Shown here in pieces: positions 19,237-28,867 of a DNA stretch of 64,000 nucleotides. The DNA is from an uncultured Pelagibacteraceae bacterium (GTDB taxonomy: Bacteria; Pseudomonadota; Alphaproteobacteria; Pelagibacterales; Pelagibacteraceae). Location: the NCBI GenBank assembly GCA_902559565.1, contig CACEIH010000001.1:42730-106729 (forward strand), given 5' to 3'. Made by a program: the position numbers and the translations under genes. The notes beneath the pieces were generated by a model, which saw only the letters and a program-made list of their open reading frames with translations, did no database searches and was not told the DNA's origin. Every line of letters starts with the position of its first letter. Position 1 is the first letter of the stretch.

Positions 19237-21575
19237 TAAGATCTTACTCTAGTTTTTTTAGGGTCAAAATGTGGAAATGTTACAACTTTTGCAGAAATTC
19301 TTTTTTGATGACCATCAATTTTTCCAACCTCAACTTCAGTTCCAGGCTCAGAATATTGAGTATCAATTCTACATAAAGCTATATTTTTATTTAAAGTTGT
19401 TGATAAACAACCGCTTGTAACTATTCCAACCTGAGATCTTCCAACATGCACACAATCACCATGGCCAGCATGTTCTTTTCCAATAAGTTCTAGACCAACA
19501 AGTTTTTTTTGTGGATTGGCCTTTCTTTCTTTTAAAATTTCTTTTCCTATAAAATCTTCCTCTTTAGTTTTAAGTGGAACTGCAAAACCAATTCCTGCTT
19601 CAAAAGGATCTTGCTGTCCATCAAACTCATTACCAAATAAAATTAAACCTGCTTCTATTCTTAGTTTATCTAAAGCCGCAAACCCAGCAGGAATCAAACC
19701 ATGTTCTTTTCCAGCTTCCATAAGCTTATCCCATACTTCAGGAGCATGTTTTGGATGACACCAAACTTCATAACCAAGTTCACCAGTATAACCTGTTCTT
19801 GAAACAATTAATGGAATACCTTGAAGTTCTTCAACTCTACAAATTGTAAATCTAAACCATTCTAATTCATCTATCGATGGTTGGGTAGGAGGAGTAAAAA
19901 TTAGTTTTTTTAAGATTTCTCTACTCTTAGGTCCTTGAATAGAAACGTTACTAATTTGATCTGTTGAGTTTTTTACATTTACTTTAAATTTTTTTTTCTT
20001 AGCTACTTCTTTTAACCATTCACCTGCATATTCGTCTCCACAAATCCATCTAAAACCAGTTTCACTTAATCTTAATAATGTACCATCATCAAACATCATT
20101 CCATTTTCATAACACATTGCAGAATACACAACTTGACCAACAGAAAGTTTTTTGATGTTTCTTGTTAATGTATAATTCATTAACTCTTCAGCATCTGGTC
20201 CAATAATTTCAAATTTTCTTAAAGAAGATAAATCAATTAGAACAGCTTTTTCTCTGCACGCATTATATTCTTCAACTACACCATGTTTGGTATAATCATT
20301 TGGTAACCAAAAACCTCGAGCATCAATAAAGTTTCTAGTTAATTTTGAGGTTCTTTCATAAAAACCAGAATTTCTAGTAAGTTTTTTTTCTGAATCTGTT
20401 TTCATTCTAAAAGCAAATGATTTTGAAAATTCTTTTTTTTTGTCATAAGTTCTAACAAAAATATCAGTTGGATTCCATGAATTACATGCATCTATATCAC
20501 TTGGACATGCAGTAGTTCCAATGGTTAGATCTTTCAATGCCCTAAACATTACATAGTCACCTGGTCTTGCAAATGACTCATCAGAAATAACAGAATTTAA
20601 TCCTGAAGCTGAAGTATTAAAAAATAAATTTATAGCATGCCAGCCTTTTTGTTTTTGAACACCATATTTAGACATTGAATTTGTTAAATTATCAGAGCAG
20701 TTTGGGTGACCAAAATAACCTGCATCTTCATAATATTTTGAAGTACAAGCAAGGTTAAACGTATCATGTTTGCCAACAGTATCTCTAATTACCTCAACTA
20801 ATGGTTCATGATCAGTATCATAAAATTTTGAAAATAGTCCTGGTCCAGGAAAAGTATTACCCATAAAAGTTCTTGTTGTTTGCCAATCGAGACCTTTCTC
20901 AATTTTTTTATCAAGCTTTCTTGTATCAAATGCCACAAAATCCGAACATTGTCTTCCTGCTGGACTTATAACTTGAATATAATCACCTTCATTTACTTGA
21001 AAAGAAATTGCAGTTTCTCTGTCAATATTCTTTTCGTAATTAGGTTCATAAACCGGATCAGGTATAATCGATAATTCTTTATCATTAACAATTTTTGCTC
21101 TTTTTATAAATATTGTTAAATCACTTGAGGGATTTTGATCACTCACCAACATATCATTTTGTGGAGCTGAAAAAATTACGTAGCATTTATCTTTTGATTT
21201 AATTTTTATTTTTTCTCCACTTGGTGTTTTATCGTCAAATAAAATCGATGATTTAGATTTATTTATGTCTAAATTTCTTTTCTTTAATTGAAGATTTGTA
21301 ACTAAAGAACTTTCATCTTTTCTATTAAGTATTTCCTTAATAAAACTTTTTTTACTATTTTCTTTTTGATTTAAAATTCCAAGTTCAGATTTTCCGTCTT
21401 TATCAAAACAAACTATTTCACAAATTTGATTTCCTTCATCATTAATAATTTCTATTTCATCATCTGGAAAAACTTGCAAACCAGTTAGTCCACCCGCATT
21501 TACAACATGTCTTTCAACTCCAGGTGGTAGCACATTTAAGCCTGGCTCTTTAATATTTAAAGTAGTTTGCGACAT
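19236..21575 (-). CDS. tdm: TMAO demethylase (DUF1989 plus aminomethyltransferase)
   Basis: GRQCSDF, HDTFNLAC..YYED.GY.GH.NCSDN, TACPSDID; C-terminal GcvT domain (SRTGYTGELGYE, LRIEAG); adjacent to tmoX. Confidence 0.92.
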   Translation of the reverse strand: MSQTTLNIKEPGLNVLPPGVERHVVNAGGLTGLQVFPDDEIEIINDEGNQICEIVCFDKDGKSELGILNQKENSKKSFIKEILNRKDESSLVTNLQLKKRNLDINKSKSSILFDDKTPSGEKIKIKSKDKCYVIFSAPQNDMLVSDQNPSSDLTIFIKRAKIVNDKELSIIPDPVYEPNYEKNIDRETAISFQVNEGDYIQVISPAGRQCSDFVAFDTRKLDKKIEKGLDWQTTRTFMGNTFPGPGLFSKFYDTDHEPLVEVIRDTVGKHDTFNLACTSKYYEDAGYFGHPNCSDNLTNSMSKYGVQKQKGWHAINLFFNTSASGLNSVISDESFARPGDYVMFRALKDLTIGTTACPSDIDACNSWNPTDIFVRTYDKKKEFSKSFAFRMKTDSEKKLTRNSGFYERTSKLTRNFIDARGFWLPNDYTKHGVVEEYNACREKAVLIDLSSLRKFEIIGPDAEELMNYTLTRNIKKLSVGQVVYSAMCYENGMMFDDGTLLRLSETGFRWICGDEYAGEWLKEVAKKKKFKVNVKNSTDQISNVSIQGPKSREILKKLIFTPPTQPSIDELEWFRFTICRVEELQGIPLIVSRTGYTGELGYEVWCHPKHAPEVWDKLMEAGKEHGLIPAGFAALDKLRIEAGLILFGNEFDGQQDPFEAGIGFAVPLKTKEEDFIGKEILKERKANPQKKLVGLELIGKEHAGHGDCVHVGRSQVGIVTSGCLSTTLNKNIALCRIDTQYSEPGTEVEVGKIDGHQKRISAKVVTFPHFDPKKTRVRS

Positions 21576-21614
21576 TTTTAAAATATATCTTTATATTATA
21601 TAAATATCTATCTG

Positions 21615-21643
21615 TTGACTATCCTATAAGTAAAGCTCATACT
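21615..21643 (+). promoter_or_regulatory. Sigma70 promoter of tmoX
   Basis: TTGACT-N17-CATACT, then AGGAGG RBS before ATG 21675. Confidence 0.7.
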
Positions 21644-21674
21644 ATTAAGATTAAACTAGTACTAGGAGGAAAAA

Positions 21675-22643
21675 ATGAAAAACAAATTACCGTTATTAAT
21701 CGGTGCAATTGTTGTTATTGCGGGTCTTGTTTTCTTCATGGGTGGAGGAGATAAAACTGCAAAGAAATCAGGCGATAGCAGTGCCCCTATAGTGATTCCA
21801 ACACATAACTGGTCAAGTCAGATTGTTATGGCTTACGTTATTGGTGGAATTTTTGAAAGTATGGGAAACAACGTGAGTTATGTTAATGCTGACTCACAAG
21901 CTGTTTATGAGTCAATCAGAATTGGAGACGTAACTATTTCTCACGAAGTATGGGAGTCTGCATTCGGTAAATCATTCACAACTGCCTTGGATAAAGGTGG
22001 TTTATTAGATTGGGGTGATCATGAGGCAAGAACACTTGAGGATATGGGTTATCCTAATTGGGTTGCTGACAAAGGATTATGCCCAGGTTTACCAGACTGG
22101 ACAGCTTTGAAAAATCCAGACTGTGCTAAAAACTTTGTAACACCTGACTCTGGTGGAAAAGGACGTATGTTAGAAGGTCCACAAACTTGGCATGGTGACT
22201 TAATACCTCAAAGAGTAGATGCTTTAGGATTAGGCGATCTTTGGATGGTTAAATTTGCTGGAAGTGCTGATGCTCTTTGGGCAGAATTAGCAGCAGCTGA
22301 AAAAGAAGGAAGAGGAACTATTATTTTTAACTGGACACCAAACTTTACAGATGGTGCTGGTTTTACATTTATTGACTTCCCTCCTTATACAGCGGGTTGT
22401 AGACCAGAAGATGGTGGAGATGGAAAATGTGGTTCTCCAGATGGTTATTTGAAAAAAGCGGTGCATGAGGATTTTCCAAAAACTCATCCAGGTGCGGCTG
22501 CAGCTTTCAAAAAAATGTCATTTACTACAAGTCATATCGGAGCAATGGCTGCTTTAGTTGATATTGACAAAATGACTCACGAAGATGCTGCCAAAAAGTG
22601 GTTAGCTGATAATGAGTCAGTTTGGAAACCATTTACTAAATAA
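21675..22643 (+). CDS. tmoX: TMAO ABC transporter substrate-binding protein
   Basis: OpuAC/ProX fold: PTHNWSSQ, HEVWE, CPGLPDW.AL, FNWTPNF; between tdm and tmm. Confidence 0.88.
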   Translation: MKNKLPLLIGAIVVIAGLVFFMGGGDKTAKKSGDSSAPIVIPTHNWSSQIVMAYVIGGIFESMGNNVSYVNADSQAVYESIRIGDVTISHEVWESAFGKSFTTALDKGGLLDWGDHEARTLEDMGYPNWVADKGLCPGLPDWTALKNPDCAKNFVTPDSGGKGRMLEGPQTWHGDLIPQRVDALGLGDLWMVKFAGSADALWAELAAAEKEGRGTIIFNWTPNFTDGAGFTFIDFPPYTAGCRPEDGGDGKCGSPDGYLKKAVHEDFPKTHPGAAAAFKKMSFTTSHIGAMAALVDIDKMTHEDAAKKWLADNESVWKPFTK

Positions 22644-22665
22644 GGTAAATAACAATTAAATTTTT

Positions 22666-22702
22666 AAATCTCCCCCAACATAAGTTGGGGGGGATTTTTT
22701 TT
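22666..22702 (+). terminator. Rho-independent terminator after tmoX
   Basis: AAATCTCCCCCAAC-ATAA-GTTGGGGGGGATTT stem running into a T tract. Confidence 0.88.
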
Positions 22703-22713
22703 AATTTAAATTA

Positions 22714-23172
22714 ATGATTAAATATTATTTAGGTATATTAATAAGTTTATTATTTTTTGATAAGTTATTAGCATCAAATGTAAACATTCAAGAAGATATA
22801 GATGTTAGTTTTAAATGTACTTTAGAAAAAAAAATAATAAAGAATTCAGAATATAATTATAAAGTATTTTTAGCTAAAGATTTAAACGCAAAAGATTTAA
22901 ATAAATTTGAAATTAAATCACAACGACCTGAGATACTTAATATTAATGGATTGTCATCATTTCTTTCTCAAACTTTAATGTTAAATGTTAAAATTGTGAA
23001 TAAAGATGTCATTTTGTTTAAAGCTATAGATAATAACTCTAATTACTCAGAGTCAGGTATTATTGATAGAAAAACAGGTGAATTAGTTCACGAAATAACA
23101 AAAAATATAAAAAGTGAGAATTCTGAAAAAGATATTACATTTTATTCATGTAGCAAGAGGAAAAATGTCTGA
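22714..23172 (+). CDS. Hypothetical exported protein
   Basis: Signal-peptide-like N-terminus, one Cys near each end, IDRKTGEL motif. Confidence 0.65.
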   Translation: MIKYYLGILISLLFFDKLLASNVNIQEDIDVSFKCTLEKKIIKNSEYNYKVFLAKDLNAKDLNKFEIKSQRPEILNINGLSSFLSQTLMLNVKIVNKDVILFKAIDNNSNYSESGIIDRKTGELVHEITKNIKSENSEKDITFYSCSKRKNV

Positions 23173-23206
23173 TTTTTTTTTTAATCAATTTGTGTAAGAT
23201 ATAAAC

Positions 23207-23584
23207 ATGAAAAAATTTTTAATTAGTTTGATTGTAAGTTTATTATTTGTTTCTGCTGCTTTGGCGCGTAGCACTGGATGCAAAGAAGGTAATTGCGAAA
23301 ATGGTTATGGTAAATGGGTTTATACAGATAAAACTACTTATGAAGGAGAATGGGTAGGAACAAAAAAAAATGGTCAAGGAGTTGAGACTTGGCCTAATGG
23401 ATACATTTACAAAGGTGAATTTAAAAACAGTGAATGGAGTGGCAAAGGTATTTTAACTTTTCCTGATGGATCAACATATGAAGGAGAATGGGCCAAAGGT
23501 TTTATGAACGGAAAAGGAACATTTACTTCATCTGACGGAAATCAAAAGTCAGGAATTTGGAAAAATGGAAAGTTACAAGAGTAA
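23207..23584 (+). CDS. Exported MORN-repeat protein
   Basis: Signal peptide, GCKEGNCENGYG, repeats YEGEW..G.G, YKGEF..G.G, YEGEW..G.G. Confidence 0.88.
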   Translation: MKKFLISLIVSLLFVSAALARSTGCKEGNCENGYGKWVYTDKTTYEGEWVGTKKNGQGVETWPNGYIYKGEFKNSEWSGKGILTFPDGSTYEGEWAKGFMNGKGTFTSSDGNQKSGIWKNGKLQE

Positions 23585-24135
23585 TGTTAAAAGAAAATTA
23601 TTTTAATAAGATCAAACAATGGCCAGAGTTTGTAAAACAAACAGGAGGTTTAGTAATTTTAATTTTAATTATAATTTCATCTTTTTTTGTTTTAAATATT
23701 ATGTTTGGGGAAGGTGAGGAATTGGTTAAAAAAATGAAATTAGAGGAAGAAAGAAAAGCCCAAGAAAAGAAATTAAGTCAACTAATATCAAAACTTCCTT
23801 CAGGGATATTAGTAACTTTTGATGGCACAGATCATTATAAATTAACAGATGAAGTGTATGAACAAGTTTGCAAAGCTACAAAACTTATTCCTCAAAGAGC
23901 AATAATGGGGGCAAATTTTTTAAATTTTAGAGCACATGAAATTTATACAATTAATGGAAATAAAATTAGTGATACATTTGTTGAATGGAACGAAGAAAAA
24001 AATAAGTGTTTTGCAGGTTTTACAGTAAGTGGAAAAAATGTTGGGGTAAATGAGTCAATTACTGTCGAAGGTGAAGCATTAAGTTTCTTGAGCACAGGAA
24101 TTGATACAAGAGTATATTATATTAAAAATTTTTAA
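23584..24135 (+). CDS. Hypothetical single-TM protein
   Basis: TM helix then coiled coil; start placed at ATG 23584 (TAATG overlap with MORN gene stop) instead of 23557. Confidence 0.7.
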   Translation: MLKENYFNKIKQWPEFVKQTGGLVILILIIISSFFVLNIMFGEGEELVKKMKLEEERKAQEKKLSQLISKLPSGILVTFDGTDHYKLTDEVYEQVCKATKLIPQRAIMGANFLNFRAHEIYTINGNKISDTFVEWNEEKNKCFAGFTVSGKNVGVNESITVEGEALSFLSTGIDTRVYYIKNF

Positions 24136-24197
24136 GGAGGAAAAATAATTATATAGATTTAATTTTATCTTAATATCATATAACGTTATTAAAATTT

Positions 24198-25229
24198 ATG
24201 TCTAACTCAGTAATTAAATGTGAAAATGTTTTTAAAATTTTTGGAGCAAATGCCAAAAAAATGCTTCAAGAATCCAACGGGAATGTTGATGCTAAAACTT
24301 TTCAAGAAAATGGATGCATTGTTGGTGTGAATAACGCTTCATTTGAAGTTGCAAAAGGAGAAATGTTAGTTGTGATGGGCTTATCTGGCTCAGGTAAATC
24401 GACATTATTAAGATGTATTTCCAGATTAACTGATGCTACAGGTGGAAAAATCTATATTGAAGGTCAGGATTTATTAGAATTAAACAACAAAGAATTGATA
24501 GATCTTAGAAGAAATAAAATGGGGATGGTTTTTCAAAGTTTCGCTTTACTACCTCACAAAACTGTTGTGGAAAATATTGCTTTTCCACTCCAAATTAAAG
24601 GAATAGAAATCGAGGACAGTATTACTAAGGCTATGGACATGGTAAAATTAGTTGGTCTTGAAGGAAGAGAAAATTATTTTCCAAGAGAACTTTCAGGCGG
24701 ACAACAACAAAGAGTAGGGATAGCAAGATCATTAGCTGTTGAACCAGACATATGGTTTCTAGACGAACCTTTCTCAGCTTTAGATCCTTTAATTCGAAAA
24801 GAAATGCAAGATGAGTTCTTAAGACTTCAAGAAAAACTACAAAAAACAATTATGTTTATAACACACGATTTTGATGAAGCTTTAAAACTTGCTGACCGAA
24901 TTGCAATTATGAAGGACGGCATCATTGAGCAATTGGATACGCCAGCTAATATTGTTTTAAATCCAGCAACAGAGTATGTGAGAAAATTTACCGAAGAAGT
25001 GCCTAGAGAAAAAGTATTATTAATTGAGGATGTAATGGAAAAATCAGACACTAAAGATCTCAGTGAACTTAAAGTTTCAAAAGATGAAACTATAGAGAAT
25101 GTCGCTGAAAAAATTCTTTCTCAAGATAAATCAGTAGCTGTTATAGATAGTAACAATAAAATTGTTGGCTCTATTAATCCAACAAAGATAATTAATACAG
25201 TTTTTGGGGGAAGAAAAAATAGTAGTTAA
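24198..25229 (+). CDS. tmoW: TMAO/betaine ABC transporter ATPase (ProV-like)
   Basis: MGLSGSGKST, LSGGQQQRVG, LDEPFSALDPLIR. Confidence 0.88.
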   Translation: MSNSVIKCENVFKIFGANAKKMLQESNGNVDAKTFQENGCIVGVNNASFEVAKGEMLVVMGLSGSGKSTLLRCISRLTDATGGKIYIEGQDLLELNNKELIDLRRNKMGMVFQSFALLPHKTVVENIAFPLQIKGIEIEDSITKAMDMVKLVGLEGRENYFPRELSGGQQQRVGIARSLAVEPDIWFLDEPFSALDPLIRKEMQDEFLRLQEKLQKTIMFITHDFDEALKLADRIAIMKDGIIEQLDTPANIVLNPATEYVRKFTEEVPREKVLLIEDVMEKSDTKDLSELKVSKDETIENVAEKILSQDKSVAVIDSNNKIVGSINPTKIINTVFGGRKNSS

Positions 25230-25232
25230 GTT

Positions 25233-27386
25233 ATGGAATTTATCAAAAAATATCCAAAAGCATTTCAATGGTTATTTTTATTAATTGTTTTTTTTGCATT
25301 ATGCTTTGCAATCGAAGTTCCAGAAACATATAAATTTATCCGCGGTCAAGCAGAGTTTGTAAAAGATCCTAATCAAAGTTATTATATTTTTTTAGGTAAA
25401 GAAGTAAGATATTATCCTTTTGATGTCTTTTGGAGATTGCCCCCATTACTTGGGTGGCTACCTATCTGGATAAATGATTCATTATTTTTTTTAATGAATG
25501 AATGGCTACCGATGGAGTTTTGGAATGAAGATACTCAATCGTATAAAACTCGACCTTTAGTTCTACAAATTACAAGAGAAATAACTTCAATAATGACATT
25601 TTTGATTGAACTAATCAGAGATATTTTGTTAGGAGGTCTTGAAACAATTGTAGCTTTCACGAGCTGGGATTTTGTAGGCTCTAACTCTTGGGCAAAAATG
25701 CCTGGCCTCCCATGGACCATAGTTGCAGCTGGTGCAGCAATATTGGCATATAACTTAAGTGGCAAGGGTCTAGCTTTATTTGCAGGGTTAGTAATGGTTT
25801 ACATTTCCATATTTGGTCAATGGAAACCTTCAATGCAAACCCTATCTTTTATATTAGTTGCAGCACCATTGTCATTTGTTTTTGGTTTAGGTTTGGGGAT
25901 TGCAGCATTTAAAAATAAGCGTGTAGAAAAAGCTTTATATCCAATATTGTTAGTGATGCAGACAATGCCTCAATACGCAGTGTTAGTTCCTGCACTTGTT
26001 CTTTTTGGGGTTGGTGATCATGCAGCAGTAATTATAACTATGATCGTTGCTGTTCCCCCTATGATATTGTTAACGTTAATAGGTTTAAGAGCAGTACCAC
26101 CAGAGGTTATTGAAGCTGCCAAGATGAGTGGGTGTAACAATTGGCAAATCATGTTCAAAGTATTAATTCCAACTGCAAGAAGAGATATATTAATTGGAGT
26201 AAACCAAGTCATTATGGTGTGTTTTTCTATGGCGGTTATATCAGCTTTTATAGGGGCAAAAGGTTTAGGATTTAATTTATTACTAGCATTAAATCAGCTT
26301 AATATTGGCTTAGCATTAGAAGCAGGTCTTTGTATAAGTTTAATTGCAATATTATTAGATAAGATGTCTTTGGCTTGGGCAAATAAACAAGTTGATTATT
26401 TTGGTAATCTAACTTTTTTTGAGAGAAATAAAAATACATACTATTTTGGTATCGCTGTAGCAATAGGTATTGTTTTAGCATATTTAGGATCTTTTTATTT
26501 TAAAGAGGGATATAATTATTTATTTGAAGTTCCACATAACAAAGGGATATCCACAGCCGATTTTTGGAATAAAGGAGTTGATTGGATTTTTGATACTTTT
26601 TTTGTTTATATTAAAGCATTTAATACATGGTTAATTGTTGAAGTGCTCCAACCAATGCGAGCTTTGTATTTACGAATGCCGGCAGTAGCAACTTTAGTTT
26701 TAGTTGTTGGAGCAGGATATATAATTGGAGGAATTCGTTCGGCTTTAGTTGTTTGTGGATTAACTTTGTTCATTGCTTTAAGCCCGTGGTGGGATAGAGC
26801 TTTAGTTACAACGTATATGGCAACTTTTGGTGTAATTGTATCATGTGTTATTGGATTTACAGTTGGAACATTATGTTTTCAAAACAAACATTTAACTAGC
26901 TTTATGTTAGGTGTTTGCGATATTTTTCAAACATTTCCATCATTCGTATATTTAATTCCAGTTATGATGCTGTTTGGAATAACAGATACATCAGTTTTAA
27001 TAGCAGTTATAGTTTATGCAACAATACCAGCAACCAGATATACAATTGAGGGACTGAGAAGTGTTCCAACCGCTTTACATGATGCAGCAACAATGTCTGG
27101 AGTAAATAAATTTCAAAGGTTAACTAAAATTGAATTTCCTCTAGCTTTTCCTCACATGATGCTTGGTTTAAATCAAACAATCGTATTTGCATTATTTATG
27201 GTTATTATTGGAGCATTCATTGGTACTGAGGATTTAGGACAATATATTCTTAAAGCACTATCAGATAAAAACGGTGCAGGAATCGGATTAACGCTTGGTA
27301 TTTGTGTAGCGTTTATTGGTTTAATATTTGATAATTTAATTAGAACTTGGGTAGAAAAAAGAAAAAAACACTTAGGTATTGATTAA
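25233..27386 (+). CDS. tmoV: TMAO ABC transporter permease with two fused ProW-like domains
   Basis: Two permease units (MQTMPQYAVL...IEAAKMSG and FQTFPSFVYL...HDAATMSG); 717 aa. Confidence 0.85.
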   Translation: MEFIKKYPKAFQWLFLLIVFFALCFAIEVPETYKFIRGQAEFVKDPNQSYYIFLGKEVRYYPFDVFWRLPPLLGWLPIWINDSLFFLMNEWLPMEFWNEDTQSYKTRPLVLQITREITSIMTFLIELIRDILLGGLETIVAFTSWDFVGSNSWAKMPGLPWTIVAAGAAILAYNLSGKGLALFAGLVMVYISIFGQWKPSMQTLSFILVAAPLSFVFGLGLGIAAFKNKRVEKALYPILLVMQTMPQYAVLVPALVLFGVGDHAAVIITMIVAVPPMILLTLIGLRAVPPEVIEAAKMSGCNNWQIMFKVLIPTARRDILIGVNQVIMVCFSMAVISAFIGAKGLGFNLLLALNQLNIGLALEAGLCISLIAILLDKMSLAWANKQVDYFGNLTFFERNKNTYYFGIAVAIGIVLAYLGSFYFKEGYNYLFEVPHNKGISTADFWNKGVDWIFDTFFVYIKAFNTWLIVEVLQPMRALYLRMPAVATLVLVVGAGYIIGGIRSALVVCGLTLFIALSPWWDRALVTTYMATFGVIVSCVIGFTVGTLCFQNKHLTSFMLGVCDIFQTFPSFVYLIPVMMLFGITDTSVLIAVIVYATIPATRYTIEGLRSVPTALHDAATMSGVNKFQRLTKIEFPLAFPHMMLGLNQTIVFALFMVIIGAFIGTEDLGQYILKALSDKNGAGIGLTLGICVAFIGLIFDNLIRTWVEKRKKHLGID

Positions 27387-27393
27387 TCTTTAA

Positions 27394-28725
27394 CTATTTA
27401 TCTAAAAAAGTTTTCATTGAGTCATCCATTGCACTTGCCCAAGGTGTGTGATGAATCGGTGCAATCGAACCAGTTACTGGAGATGAAAAAGATTTATTTC
27501 TGTAAGTTAAAATATCCTCAACTTTATGATGTTCCCACTCTTTAAAATGTTTTCTAATAAGCTCAAAATCAATTTTTGGGTAGTCTGACATTTCATGAAG
27601 TTCTTTTGTGTATTCTGTTTGAAAGTCAATCATTTGGTCAGGATTTTCTAATTTTTCTTCCATAGCAACCCATTTATTAATATCATTCTCAATTTCTTTA
27701 CTATTAGGAATTTTAATTTTATTCATTATTACATCTCTAGCGTACCAAGCCTGACAATCAAACATATTAAATGTGTGAAACTGGTCTTGCATACCAAGAT
27801 ATAAAAGTTTGTGATTATCTTGCCATACTACACCTTTATATAATTTTGGTGGATAAAGTCTGTTTCTAGTTTTTAATTGTAAATTTTCCTCTAAAAATGG
27901 AAAATGATGAAGATAACCAGTGCATAAAATTACAACATCTGTTTCTTGTTCTGTACCATCTTTAAAAATTGCTTTTTTCCCCTCTAATCTATCTAGATAA
28001 TGAACTTCTTTCATTCCTTTCGGCCATTTAAATCCCATTGGATTATGTCTGTATCCAATGGTAACGCTTTTTGCTCCATATTTATTACATTGAAGTGCCA
28101 CATCTTCGGCAGAATAACTACTTCCTAAAACAATTACATTTTTATTTCTAAATTCCTCTGCATCTCTAAAATCATGGGAATGCATAATTCTTCCAGGAAA
28201 AGAATTCATTCCTTCATACTCTGGAATAAAAGGAACCGAAAAATGTCCAGTAGACACTACCACAAAATCAAATTTGTCTTTTAATACTTTGTCGTTAACT
28301 TTATCTTGATAACTAACTTCGAATTTATCATTTTTATAAACTGTATTTACTACTCTAGTATTGAACTTGATTTTATTTTTTGATTTTCCTTTGTTTACTC
28401 TTCCAATAATATAGTCGTACAAAACTGCTCTAGGAGGAAAAGATGGAATAGGTTTTCCAAAATGTTTATCAAACGAATAATCTGCAAATTCTAAACACTC
28501 TTTCGGCCCATTAGACCAAAGATATCTGTACATGCTATTATGTACAGGATCTCCATATTGATCAGAACCAGTTCTCCAATTATAATTCCATAATCCTCCC
28601 CAATCTTCTTGTTTTTCAAAACAAACTATTTCAGGGATCTTCTCGCCATTCTTTTCCGCTAACTCAAATGCTCTGAGCATAGATAGTCCACACGGTCCAG
28701 CTCCTATAATTGCTACTTTAGTCAT
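27394..28725 (-). CDS. tmm: Trimethylamine monooxygenase (flavin-containing monooxygenase)
   Basis: GAGPCG, WGGLWNY.WRTG, SMYRYLWSNGPKECLE, FPGRIMHSHDFR FMO motif, GSSYSAED. Confidence 0.93.
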   Translation of the reverse strand: MTKVAIIGAGPCGLSMLRAFELAEKNGEKIPEIVCFEKQEDWGGLWNYNWRTGSDQYGDPVHNSMYRYLWSNGPKECLEFADYSFDKHFGKPIPSFPPRAVLYDYIIGRVNKGKSKNKIKFNTRVVNTVYKNDKFEVSYQDKVNDKVLKDKFDFVVVSTGHFSVPFIPEYEGMNSFPGRIMHSHDFRDAEEFRNKNVIVLGSSYSAEDVALQCNKYGAKSVTIGYRHNPMGFKWPKGMKEVHYLDRLEGKKAIFKDGTEQETDVVILCTGYLHHFPFLEENLQLKTRNRLYPPKLYKGVVWQDNHKLLYLGMQDQFHTFNMFDCQAWYARDVIMNKIKIPNSKEIENDINKWVAMEEKLENPDQMIDFQTEYTKELHEMSDYPKIDFELIRKHFKEWEHHKVEDILTYRNKSFSSPVTGSIAPIHHTPWASAMDDSMKTFLDK

Positions 28726-28867
28726 TAGTTACTTTGTATAATTAGAATTTATTTTACTAACAAATTACTTAAATTTAAAATAAAATATTACAGTATAATT
28801 AAGATTATTTGAGATTACTTTCTCTCGTATGTGTTGTATTAACATGTAATTTTTAAGCTAGATATAT

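Noticed and set aside
23280-23580. Periodic DNA similarity (TATGAAGGAGAATGG twice) suggesting a repeat array
   Set aside because: Explained by MORN protein repeats; not CRISPR or mobile DNA
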